Below are positions 27,715-35,157 of a stretch of DNA of 57,810 bases, piece by piece. Below the pieces are notes generated by a model. That model was not told where the DNA came from. It was given only the letters and a program-made list of their open reading frames with translations, and did no database searches. The DNA comes from a virus. Its lineage: Duplodnaviria > Caudoviricetes. The stretch lies in the IMG/VR virus record IMGVR_UViG_3300007735_000761, positions 1 through 57,810 of that record; one strand, given 5' to 3'. The translations under genes were made by a program, and so were the position numbers. Position 1 is the first letter of the stretch; the number at the start of each line of letters is the position of its first letter.

Positions 27715-28418
27715 AATTTCCTCAGCACTAAAAGTTGCGGGTAGTAATTTATCTCTGCAATCTCAGCGCGTAGGTCAACGCACCTCATCAAGTGATCCAT
27801 CATCGTCAGGATGGCTCTGCGGTCATTCACCGCAGCCGGGTCAAAGTGCGCTCTGAATTGCTCGGTATAAGATGGGCTATAAGTGCAGCCCAAGTCCTCA
27901 ATGATGTAATACCCGCCGCTTCGCACCCACGGCCAGCAGTTCTTGAACATCTCCACAATCTGCTCGGAGATATGACTTGCATCATCTATAAAAAGGTCAA
28001 ATGGCGCGTCTTTGGGCTCGTGCATTTTTGCAGGATCGCCAATCACGATCTTCACGTTGTCCAAGTTCTTGCACAAGTTCGCGCACTCAACCCTAACGTC
28101 ATAACCCACTATCGTAGACTCAGGGAGATAACGCGACCACATGTGAAGTGACGCGCCACACGCTACACCGGCTTCGGCAATCACAAGTTGAGCCGTGCGT
28201 CGGTTGTCCCCTTGCTGCGCGCAGAGAAAGTTAATCAGCGGCTCGTAGACTTCCGCGTAACGATGCTTGATCGTGCCCTTATCCGAGCCGTACAAGTCAG
28301 CAAGCCCCGTCAGGGACATTTCTAAAAGGTTCACCTCGCCCGTATCAGGTAGGTATTCCTCGGGCGGCACAGTATCCAGATAGCGGCGTACTCCCCCGCG
28401 AGCGTTGGGGTCGGTCAT
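27711..28418 (-). CDS. Class I SAM-dependent methyltransferase (sugar O-methyltransferase-like)
   Basis: YGSDKG..H.Y..Y, EAGVACGASL.MW, FIDDASH, GGYYIIEDL. Confidence 0.85.
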   Translation of the reverse strand: MTDPNARGGVRRYLDTVPPEEYLPDTGEVNLLEMSLTGLADLYGSDKGTIKHRYAEVYEPLINFLCAQQGDNRRTAQLVIAEAGVACGASLHMWSRYLPESTIVGYDVRVECANLCKNLDNVKIVIGDPAKMHEPKDAPFDLFIDDASHISEQIVEMFKNCWPWVRSGGYYIIEDLGCTYSPSYTEQFRAHFDPAAVNDRRAILTMMDHLMRCVDLRAEIAEINYYPQLLVLRKL

Positions 28419-28666
28419 GGCGCGCCTCTTGCACGAATTGCGGCGGCACATTGAATTGCTACCGTTCTTGGCATTGGCTCAATATCTTCTCTATTTATTT
28501 CTAACGCTTTTGCCGTTGCTTCACACACCTTCGCACAAGCCTCCCGCTCGGCGGCGGCAACAAGTCGAGCAAAGCGTTCAAGTTCTTCAGCCCTGAATTG
28601 GAATACCTGCACAGGCATCCCAAACCCTGCATGTTCGGCCATGCGGATAATGTCGTCGCTGTTCAT
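28415..28666 (-). CDS. Small protein, EREACA family copy 3
   Basis: DDIIRMA..LERFARLVAAAEREACAKVCE..AAIRARG. Confidence 0.7.
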   Translation of the reverse strand: MNSDDIIRMAEHAGFGMPVQVFQFRAEELERFARLVAAAEREACAKVCEATAKALEINREDIEPMPRTVAIQCAAAIRARGAP

Positions 28667-28923
28667 GCCTCACCCCTCGCCCGAATCGCGGCGGCGCAGT
28701 CGGCACACGCCGCAAGAAGCATCGGGTGGTCTTTGTCGGCCATTTTCTTTATGTAGTGATGCGTTAGTGTTTCCTCACACACCTTCGCACAAGCCTCCCG
28801 CTCGACGGCGGCAACGAGGGCGGCGAAGCGTTCAAGTAATGGGTCGTTCCATTCCGTTGGTACTAGCGTCCCGGTTTCTTTTGCCGCTTGTTTCGCCATG
28901 CGGACAATGTCGTCGCGGGTCAT
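28663..28923 (-). CDS. Small protein, EREACA family copy 2
   Basis: MTRDDIVRMA..LERFAALVAAVEREACAKVCE..AAIRARG. Confidence 0.7.
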   Translation of the reverse strand: MTRDDIVRMAKQAAKETGTLVPTEWNDPLLERFAALVAAVEREACAKVCEETLTHHYIKKMADKDHPMLLAACADCAAAIRARGEA

Positions 28924-29204
28924 AAAGGTTCCTCTCGCGTGACGTATTTGTTCGGCTTTTCTGTGTCGTTGCCATCGCCACGGATACAGTGCGCGATCTT
29001 TTTTGCCGACCACCCCTCGCAACAATCTTCAACCCATGTGGCAATCCATTCCTTGGTTTGTTCCATTTGGTCTCCCGCGACTATTGCGGCGAAGCGTTCA
29101 AGTCTAGTGATTAGGACTGGGTATTCCGGTCCGGTGCTTGGGTTTCGCCCAACACGTTCCCAACCCGCCTGTTTTGCCCAACGGATAATTTCGTCGCGGG
29201 TCAT
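28920..29204 (-). CDS. Small protein, diverged EREACA family copy 1
   Basis: MTRDEIIRWAKQAG..LERFAAIVA. Confidence 0.65.
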   Translation of the reverse strand: MTRDEIIRWAKQAGWERVGRNPSTGPEYPVLITRLERFAAIVAGDQMEQTKEWIATWVEDCCEGWSAKKIAHCIRGDGNDTEKPNKYVTREEPL

Positions 29205-29410
29205 TCTGCACCGTAATAGCGCAACACCAACGTGAACGCATCGACATGCTTTTGCAGTTCGTCAATGTCGTCCTGCTTCTCCATGTGAAAGATCGCAAGC
29301 GTCCCGCCTGCCTTGCGGCGCTTCAAGTCTGTCTTGAGACTCTTGAGCGTGTTCTTCAAGTCCTCGCGGACAAGCGCGTTCATACCCTCGACGCAAAGAT
29401 CGACTTTCAC
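29201..29410 (-). CDS. Hypothetical protein
   Basis: GTG start with GGAGG SD; coupled. Confidence 0.55.
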   Translation of the reverse strand: MKVDLCVEGMNALVREDLKNTLKSLKTDLKRRKAGGTLAIFHMEKQDDIDELQKHVDAFTLVLRYYGAE

Positions 29411-29589
29411 CAGAACCTCCCGAGCGCGTAGCCCGCTATAAAGACCACAACGCAAAGCAAAATCTCGACCACAAACATCACATCCATTTGCTTTTCGTTT
29501 TCCATCTTCATCTGGTCAATCTCAAACTTGAGATCAAGAATCTCGCGGTTCAGGCGGTCTTGTGCGTATTCGTATTCGTACTTATTCAC
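29407..29589 (-). CDS. Small protein with C-terminal TM helix
   Basis: GTG start with GGAGG SD; coiled coil plus hydrophobic tail. Confidence 0.55.
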   Translation of the reverse strand: MNKYEYEYAQDRLNREILDLKFEIDQMKMENEKQMDVMFVVEILLCVVVFIAGYALGRFW

Positions 29590-29705
29590 CAGTAATACCC
29601 TCCAGTTTTGCGGCGGCTGCACGCCCAATTCGGCGGCGGTACATGTCGCCACTCTCGGTTGATGTCAGCCTTCCATCTTTTAATCAGAGTCTTTAGCCAG
29701 TTCAT
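29586..29705 (-). CDS. Hypothetical 39-aa protein (not in the ORF track)
   Basis: MNWLKTLIKRWK..GGYYW; start and stop overlap the neighbouring ORFs. Confidence 0.4.
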   Translation of the reverse strand: MNWLKTLIKRWKADINREWRHVPPPNWACSRRKTGGYYW

Positions 29706-29856
29706 CCAAGTCTGTCCTTTGTAGTTCCATTTCGAGAAAGCGTATTTCTCTTTGCTTTTGAACGATCTGTTCCCAAAGTTGCTCCACGCGAGTCTTTTGA
29801 TGCACCCTTCGGGTGATTCGCTCGTCGGGCGCTTCGTCGTCCTTCTTCGACTGCAT
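29680..29856 (-). CDS. Hypothetical 58-aa coiled-coil protein (not in the ORF track)
   Basis: AAGGAG SD; MQSKKDD..ELAKDSD; lies almost entirely within 29702-30070 in another frame. Confidence 0.4.
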   Translation of the reverse strand: MQSKKDDEAPDERITRRVHQKTRVEQLWEQIVQKQREIRFLEMELQRTDLDELAKDSD

Positions 29857-30070
29857 CGCTTAACTCCTTAATCAGTCGGCGTACCTTTAAAACTGTCTGC
29901 CGTTGCCGCTTGGTGGTGGTATAACGTCGCGCTTCCGTAGGGCCGTTCTTACGATGCCGTTGTGAGCGCAAGTAAAAACATCGCCCCCGGTGCTCCGTCC
30001 CACACTCAGGGCAGCGCACCACTTTCTTCGGCTCCAAGCCGTAATACTTTCTAAACTCGCTCTCGTTCAT
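29702..30070 (-). CDS. Hypothetical basic protein with CxxC..H..C
   Basis: RCPECGTEHRGRC. Confidence 0.45.
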   Translation of the reverse strand: MNESEFRKYYGLEPKKVVRCPECGTEHRGRCFYLRSQRHRKNGPTEARRYTTTKRQRQTVLKVRRLIKELSDAVEEGRRSARRANHPKGASKDSRGATLGTDRSKAKRNTLSRNGTTKDRLG

Positions 30071-30239
30071 CGTCTTGCAGTTCGCACTCGTCGAAGTCCT
30101 CGCAGCCACACTCAGGGCAACAAGGCTCCGAAAAGGTCTCCATCGTGACGCATCCCCAATACTCGACGCGCTCCTGCCATCGGTACTCCCCCGGCTCAGA
30201 AAACGCCGCCTTGCAGCGTTGGCATCGGTAGTCGCTCAT
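30051..30239 (-). CDS. Zn-ribbon protein
   Basis: YRCQRC..F.EP..CPECG. Confidence 0.65.
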   Translation of the reverse strand: MSDYRCQRCKAAFSEPGEYRWQERVEYWGCVTMETFSEPCCPECGCEDFDECELQDDERERV

Positions 30240-30400
30240 AAAACCTTCGCGAGAAAGTGATTAAACGCCGCTAACGTCCGCTCCGCTTGTGCGGCTACGC
30301 GCATAACTTCCACTTGCGCGGCCTGCTCTAGTTTTTGCTGAACCTCGCTATATTCCCGATACGCACGATCCAATTCCTGCGATTCTGTCTCGTTGTCCAT
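30236..30400 (-). CDS. Hypothetical protein
   Basis: AGGAG SD; downstream of an operator-bearing promoter region. Confidence 0.6.
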   Translation of the reverse strand: MDNETESQELDRAYREYSEVQQKLEQAAQVEVMRVAAQAERTLAAFNHFLAKVL

Positions 30401-30484
30401 GTGCTCTCTCCTGTAGAGTGCTATTGAAAACAACCCGCTTGCTTAACTTACGCCCCTGCGGGTTAGAGCGCAAGCCCCTTAAAG

Positions 30485-30513
30485 TTGAAAGTCCGTAGCC
30501 GTGGGGGTAGGCT
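30485..30513 (+). promoter_or_regulatory. Promoter TTGAAA-17-TAGGCT giving a leaderless mRNA
   Basis: ATG at 30520 lies 7 nt after the -10; no SD. Confidence 0.55.
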
Positions 30514-30519
30514 AGGGCC

Positions 30520-30882
30520 ATGAAAGCCGCAGACTTCATCGGACTCCTGTTCCTGAGCCGCGACGTTGCCCATAGCGTCCATCTCAATACACGCTCGTAT
30601 GCCACTCATAAGGCGCTCCAGAAGTTTTATGAAGGGCTCCCAGAGTTGGCTGATAACTTTGCCGAAGCCTTTATGGGGCGTAACGGCCTCGTCGGGCCGA
30701 TTTCTCTTATGTCGGCTAACAAGAACCGCGACATTGTGGAGTTTCTTGAGGATCAGGTCGCGCAGATTGAAAAAGGTCGGTATGAGATTTGCGACCGCGA
30801 CGACTCTGTGCTCCAGAACCTCATTGACGAAATCGTGGCTCATTACCTCAGCGCGCTCTATAAACTCAAGAACCTCTCTTGA
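30520..30882 (+). CDS. Ferritin/Dps-like four-helix protein (DUF5856-like)
   Basis: H..HL.TRSYA.HKAL..FY....D.FAE..G; LQNLIDEI..YKL. Confidence 0.8.
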   Translation: MKAADFIGLLFLSRDVAHSVHLNTRSYATHKALQKFYEGLPELADNFAEAFMGRNGLVGPISLMSANKNRDIVEFLEDQVAQIEKGRYEICDRDDSVLQNLIDEIVAHYLSALYKLKNLS

Positions 30883-30996
30883 ACGATCAAGACACCCAAG
30901 ACTATTACGACCGCAAAGTCCGCAGGGCTGAAGAAACCCTGATCATGCTCGCTAAGTTATCGTTTGTTGTCGCAATAGCCTCGGGGCTCTACGCGC

Positions 30997-31626
30997 TTAT
31001 TGCGCGGTAAATTGCAGTAGCGTTGCCGGTATAAGAATCGCCGTCTTACCCGTATATCGGGGATAAATCAGCGCGTAGCCCGTCAAGTACTGCATCAGTA
31101 GCATCGCGTTGCCCACGCCCTTCTCGACGCCCTCGAAATCGTCCAGAACCAATACCGTCTTGTTGTGCATTAGTTCTTGTATCAACCTAATATCTTTCGG
31201 GCTCAATCGACCGTCGATATAAAACAAGTCCACCTTAACTTTTTGCTTCAACAAGTCCTCAAACATATCGGTGGATGACTTCTTCGGATACTGCACAATC
31301 GTGCCGCCCGTTACTTCGGGCAGTTTTATGTCATTCGATACGTCACAGGTGTAGATCGTCCCGCCCTCGTCCATGCTATGCGCTATCGCCATCGTACTGC
31401 GACCGATAAACGTCCCCACCTCCGCGACCACCGTAGGCCGAAAGTGAAAAACAACGTCCTGCAAGTCCTGTACGTCGCCCTCGTTTAGCGAGCCCGTGTC
31501 GTAATCGGCTTCGTCGCGCAACTCGTCCAACTTCCTGAACAACTCGCCAAGCCCGCGCCCTCGGCCCTCAATCTGCTTCCAAACAAATTCAGATAGTGTT
31601 TTGCGGTTGATGTTAATGGGGGTCAT
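30997..31626 (-). CDS. Class I SAM-dependent methyltransferase (Methyltransf_24-like)
   Basis: AEVGTFIGRST, DLFYIDG, VLDD. Confidence 0.8.
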   Translation of the reverse strand: MTPININRKTLSEFVWKQIEGRGRGLGELFRKLDELRDEADYDTGSLNEGDVQDLQDVVFHFRPTVVAEVGTFIGRSTMAIAHSMDEGGTIYTCDVSNDIKLPEVTGGTIVQYPKKSSTDMFEDLLKQKVKVDLFYIDGRLSPKDIRLIQELMHNKTVLVLDDFEGVEKGVGNAMLLMQYLTGYALIYPRYTGKTAILIPATLLQFTAQ

Positions 31627-31781
31627 GCTGCTTCTCCTATATCTCCGCTGCCACAAAAAGGGCAGACTTCTTTAGCCAATTCATGCGAACCCAACTCATC
31701 GCTGAAGTCGTGATCGTCCTTCAATATGCGATAGTCCGGCTCGTCAAATCGCTTGAAACACTTGTTGCATTGGTACTTCAT
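31623..31781 (-). CDS. Zn-ribbon protein (52 aa, not in the ORF track)
   Basis: MKYQCNKCFKRFDEP..CPFCGS; paralog of 30051-30239; coupled at both ends. Confidence 0.65.
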   Translation of the reverse strand: MKYQCNKCFKRFDEPDYRILKDDHDFSDELGSHELAKEVCPFCGSGDIGEAA

Positions 31782-32047
31782 GCGGTTTCTCCCTTTGCTT
31801 TCTGAAGCGCCCGATATGCCGCATCAATGTCTTTATAAAACTCGGTGCTTTCGTCCAGTTCCAATCTAACTGCTGCCAGTTTCAGCGAGCAATACGCTTG
31901 CTCCAAGGCGGCAAAGAGTTCCGGCGCAGCCGATATAAGACTGGCATCCTCGTCCTTATGTATGTCCGCGATCAGCCCCGCCGTTGCTCCGGTCAAGGTC
32001 TGGTGATTCGTGGCGTGTTGCTTCAATGTCCATGGTGCAGGGGTCAT
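31778..32047 (-). CDS. Small early protein (TPxPW..LIxAAPEL family)
   Basis: MTPAPW..DASLISAAPELFAALE..ALQKAKG. Confidence 0.7.
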   Translation of the reverse strand: MTPAPWTLKQHATNHQTLTGATAGLIADIHKDEDASLISAAPELFAALEQAYCSLKLAAVRLELDESTEFYKDIDAAYRALQKAKGETA

Positions 32048-32229
32048 GCTTGCGCTCCTGATACTTTTTGAATTGCATCCTTTTGGGTCGATGCGTCTAA
32101 CCCAGTTCCTTCAATAATCTCCACGGCTTCGCGTAGTGCGTCCGTCAACTCCGCTATCAGCCGATCCCGTACATGGATAGAGCGCAGGAAATCCAAAGCC
32201 TCGTCGGATGATCCAATATAGTTGCTCAT
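32044..32229 (-). CDS. Hypothetical early protein
   Basis: ATGA-coupled; GGAGG SD. Confidence 0.6.
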   Translation of the reverse strand: MSNYIGSSDEALDFLRSIHVRDRLIAELTDALREAVEIIEGTGLDASTQKDAIQKVSGAQA

Positions 32230-32498
32230 GCGGCTTCCTCCACCATCTTTTTCCACCCATTGTCGTCGTAAGTGTAAGAAATCAACTCGCCTTCCTCAGC
32301 GTCCCATGCCGAATACGTTCCGCTAACCAAATTGTCCAACTCCGCTTGCAGTTCCTCGTCGGTCATCTTGTCGTAACCGATAAAGCCTTCCGACAAGTAG
32401 TTATCCAGTAACCATGTATCGCCATACTTGGAAAAAGATTCGTAAATGTCATTTCGCGCTGCCGTCATTAGCAGGGCAACCATGTTTGAGCGTTTCAT
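32226..32498 (-). CDS. Hypothetical early protein
   Basis: ATGA-coupled. Confidence 0.6.
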   Translation of the reverse strand: MKRSNMVALLMTAARNDIYESFSKYGDTWLLDNYLSEGFIGYDKMTDEELQAELDNLVSGTYSAWDAEEGELISYTYDDNGWKKMVEEAA

Positions 32499-32722
32499 GC
32501 GGCTTCTCCTTCAAAAGCCTCTAAAGCGTCCCAAACAACAAAAGAGTCAATCTTGTTGCCTCGCTCCAACTCCTCGTTGATGTAGTTGGCGATATAACAG
32601 GCCAATTTGTCCCGTTTCTTGCGCTCGTTAAATCGTGCGAACACTTGCTCGTTATGCTCGACTGAGGACACCACAGAGCGCATCGCTCCATACTGTCCGG
32701 TATCTACTGCGTCGCCGTTCAT
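32495..32722 (-). CDS. Hypothetical early protein (YINEELERGN module)
   Basis: Shares a module with 32719-33030. Confidence 0.6.
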   Translation of the reverse strand: MNGDAVDTGQYGAMRSVVSSVEHNEQVFARFNERKKRDKLACYIANYINEELERGNKIDSFVVWDALEAFEGEAA

Positions 32723-33030
32723 GCTGCAACCTCCGTGGGATAAAGATGGTTTGCGGCATATTCCAACGTGTACCAAGTGATCCCAAGGCTTGCGTCGTGG
32801 TCGTCCTTGACCATTTCTAACACTTCAAACGCTTGATCGTCGTCCAAGTCAGGGCGCACCGTTTTAACGTCGTCGATGCACCACTCAATAAAGATACTGT
32901 GATTGTTTGCCGCGCCACCCTCAAATGCTTCGATGGCGTTTCGCAGGGTATAAACATCAATCTCGTTGCCGCGCTCCAGTTCCTCGTTGATGTAACCGGA
33001 AAGGTAAACGGCTAAGTTATGCGTTTTCAT
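32719..33030 (-). CDS. Hypothetical early protein (YINEELERGN module + WxxxDV..RPDL..QA.EVL domain)
   Basis: ATGA-coupled. Confidence 0.65.
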   Translation of the reverse strand: MKTHNLAVYLSGYINEELERGNEIDVYTLRNAIEAFEGGAANNHSIFIEWCIDDVKTVRPDLDDDQAFEVLEMVKDDHDASLGITWYTLEYAANHLYPTEVAA

Positions 33031-33176
33031 CGTGCTTCTTCCTCTGCTAGTGCGTGATCCTGTTCGACGTAATCGTATGCAACTTCGATCAATCGCTCGC
33101 GTGAGTTCTCGTCGCTCGTAAAGTACAGAACGAAATTTATAATTGTGTCGAGTGCTTCGCGTTGCTTGTCGTTCAT
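33027..33176 (-). CDS. Hypothetical 49-aa early protein (not in the ORF track)
   Basis: MNDKQREALD..EEEAR; ATGA overlaps at both ends; GAGG SD. Confidence 0.55.
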   Translation of the reverse strand: MNDKQREALDTIINFVLYFTSDENSRERLIEVAYDYVEQDHALAEEEAR

Positions 33177-33367
33177 GCTGCCACCTCATGCCCGCCGTGG
33201 ACAATAAAGGCATCGTTTACCCATACGTCAGCCGCTTCGTACCGCTGCTCCATGCTTCTGCAAGCGTTGGTTAAACGGTCGATGATCTCGTCTGCCGCAT
33301 CTGAATTAACATCGTCGATGCCGTTGAATTCAAAACAAATAGTGACTTGTAATGCTTTGCTAGCCAT
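33173..33367 (-). CDS. Hypothetical early protein
   Basis: AGGAG SD. Confidence 0.6.
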   Translation of the reverse strand: MASKALQVTICFEFNGIDDVNSDAADEIIDRLTNACRSMEQRYEAADVWVNDAFIVHGGHEVAA

Positions 33368-33393
33368 TTGTGCTATCTCCTAGATTGGTTGTA

Positions 33394-33630
33394 TTAGCCG
33401 TTCAAATAAGACTTGATCGCCGCGTAGGTGTACGGAATCTTTAGCGCTTTACAGGTGCGCTTGATCCCGTCGCCGTCTTTGTTCGCGGTGCCTTTTATAA
33501 GACCGTCAGTCATGCGCGTGGCGAGTGCTTCCGGTGTCATCCGCGCCGCTGCCGTTGAATAGGCAGGACTCGTAAACAGTTCTCGATATTGCGCCGCGAG
33601 CGTGTCGCGGAAAGTTTGTGCTTGAGTCAT
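33394..33630 (-). CDS. Conserved small early protein
   Basis: AGGAG SD; IKRTCKALKIPYTYAAIKSYL; first gene after the promoter. Confidence 0.65.
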   Translation of the reverse strand: MTQAQTFRDTLAAQYRELFTSPAYSTAAARMTPEALATRMTDGLIKGTANKDGDGIKRTCKALKIPYTYAAIKSYLNG

Positions 33631-33678
33631 TGGTGTTTACTCCTAAGCGTGTTTAGCGTGTTTGGACTCGACAGGGCC

Positions 33679-33706
33679 ATTTTACACAAGCCGCTTGCGT
33701 AAGCAA
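33679..33706 (-). promoter_or_regulatory. Early promoter TTGCTT-16-TAAAAT with a palindromic operator in the spacer
   Basis: CAAGCcGCTTG at 33687-33697. Confidence 0.6.
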
Positions 33707-33728
33707 ACCCTGCCGAATCCAATGACCA

Positions 33729-34034
33729 CTATGCGGACGCTTCCAGTTCCCTGATCCGCTGCCGGAGTCGTTCAATCTCTGTTTGTAGCACTCTGTTTTG
33801 AGTCGATAGCGCAGAAATCGGGTCAATGTAAGACATTGAAACCAGATAAAGCCCTTTGCCTTTTTTCTCTGCTTTGCCTCTCAAAACGTACCGATCCAGA
33901 CATTGGCGGCATGAAGCCTGATTACCCGCAACTTGATCCCCGAACATCTCTCTGGCCTTTTCGTAGACTTGCCTCGCCGTTGCCGGAGTGTTGAACGTAG
34001 TAAGTGCTTCAAAATAGATGGACACATTAGCCAT
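33729..34034 (-). CDS. Putative winged-helix protein with C-terminal coiled coil
   Basis: PATARQVYE..G.A...G.G.Y pattern; heptad-repeat tail. Confidence 0.55.
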   Translation of the reverse strand: MANVSIYFEALTTFNTPATARQVYEKAREMFGDQVAGNQASCRQCLDRYVLRGKAEKKGKGLYLVSMSYIDPISALSTQNRVLQTEIERLRQRIRELEASA

Positions 34035-34480
34035 GCTTTTACCCTCAAGAGTGTTAAAGAATACGAATAAGTAACTACTTCATAAACATGAATGTGACGC
34101 TTTTACTTAGTCGTTTAATTATGATGAACTAAGTAACTTGGTGAGTCAACATAAGTTCGTGTTTGCAGGAAAGAATGATTTTCAGTTTTTACGAATTCGT
34201 CGCTTGTAAGGTCTTGTTTTGCCAAGTAAATTGATGTTTTTTACATGGCATTGGGATTTATTTATTTCTTTCATGGGGTAATTAGAGAGAAAGAAAGGTA
34301 GACGAGTGTGGCAAGAAAGAAACACGAGTGTGGTAGAAAAGAGACAAGAGAGAGGGTATATTGAAAGAAATAAAAGAAAGGAAAGAATATATTTTTTTAA
34401 TTATAAACTCTCTTTCCAATCAATCACTTACACGCTTTCAATTCTTTCGTGGCGGGTAGAATAAATTCGTCGAAAGAATT
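34035..34480. other. AT-rich non-coding control region (origin/packaging candidate)
   Basis: No ORF; markedly AT-rich; purine tract 34284-34388; short repeats. Confidence 0.55.
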
Positions 34481-34600
34481 ACGGGACGCTTGCGCTACCC
34501 TCTGGCGACGGTATAAAATTGTTTTCGATACCTCCGTCGTGGACGCGCTACAGGCTGCGATATAAAACGCGATATAAGGTCATTACAGAGGATTTAACGC

Positions 34601-35125
34601 ATGGGTAAGGGTAAGGTAGCGGGTGCAGAGAAACCGGCTGCAATCGAGTCTGGTGGCGATATAAGAAAGGTCTACGCCGATATATCACCGCAGTATCAGA
34701 GTGATATCACTTTGGTAACACCCATAAACGACAATCGCAAGCATCCCGATTCCACCCTATCGGCTGCGGTAGCGTCCATGTCGTTTGCGGGATTCGATGC
34801 GCGCCGCGTTTGCTCCGCCTTGCGAATCAGCCCGAATACGCTTTTCGATCACTATAGGGACGAATTCGAGAATGGTTGCTCGCGCATGGTGGACAAGATA
34901 TCCGGCTCACTCGCTCAGCGGGCATTGGCGGGAAGTGATACGGCTGCGATTTTCCTGCTAAAGACTCGGGGCGGGGGGAAGTTTACTGAGCGCCAAAACG
35001 TGGAGTTATCTGGCTCCGTGGAAGTGACGCATAAGGCAGAGTTAGTGACGCAACTGGCGGGAATGATTTCTCGCGGGATAACGATAGATGCCGAACCCGT
35101 AGACGAAAAAAAAGGGCCGGAATAA
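34601..35125 (+). CDS. terS: Terminase small subunit
   Basis: HTH (ISPNTLFDHYRDE), LAQRALAGSDTAAIFLLKTRGG..ERQNVELSG. Confidence 0.75.
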   Translation: MGKGKVAGAEKPAAIESGGDIRKVYADISPQYQSDITLVTPINDNRKHPDSTLSAAVASMSFAGFDARRVCSALRISPNTLFDHYRDEFENGCSRMVDKISGSLAQRALAGSDTAAIFLLKTRGGGKFTERQNVELSGSVEVTHKAELVTQLAGMISRGITIDAEPVDEKKGPE

Positions 35126-35133
35126 ACCGGCCC
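35106..35133 (-). terminator. Intrinsic terminator for ardC
   Basis: gggccgg/ccggccc stem with A8 on the left. Confidence 0.75.
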
Positions 35134-35157
35134 CTAGTGAGTGCGGACTGTGGCGGC

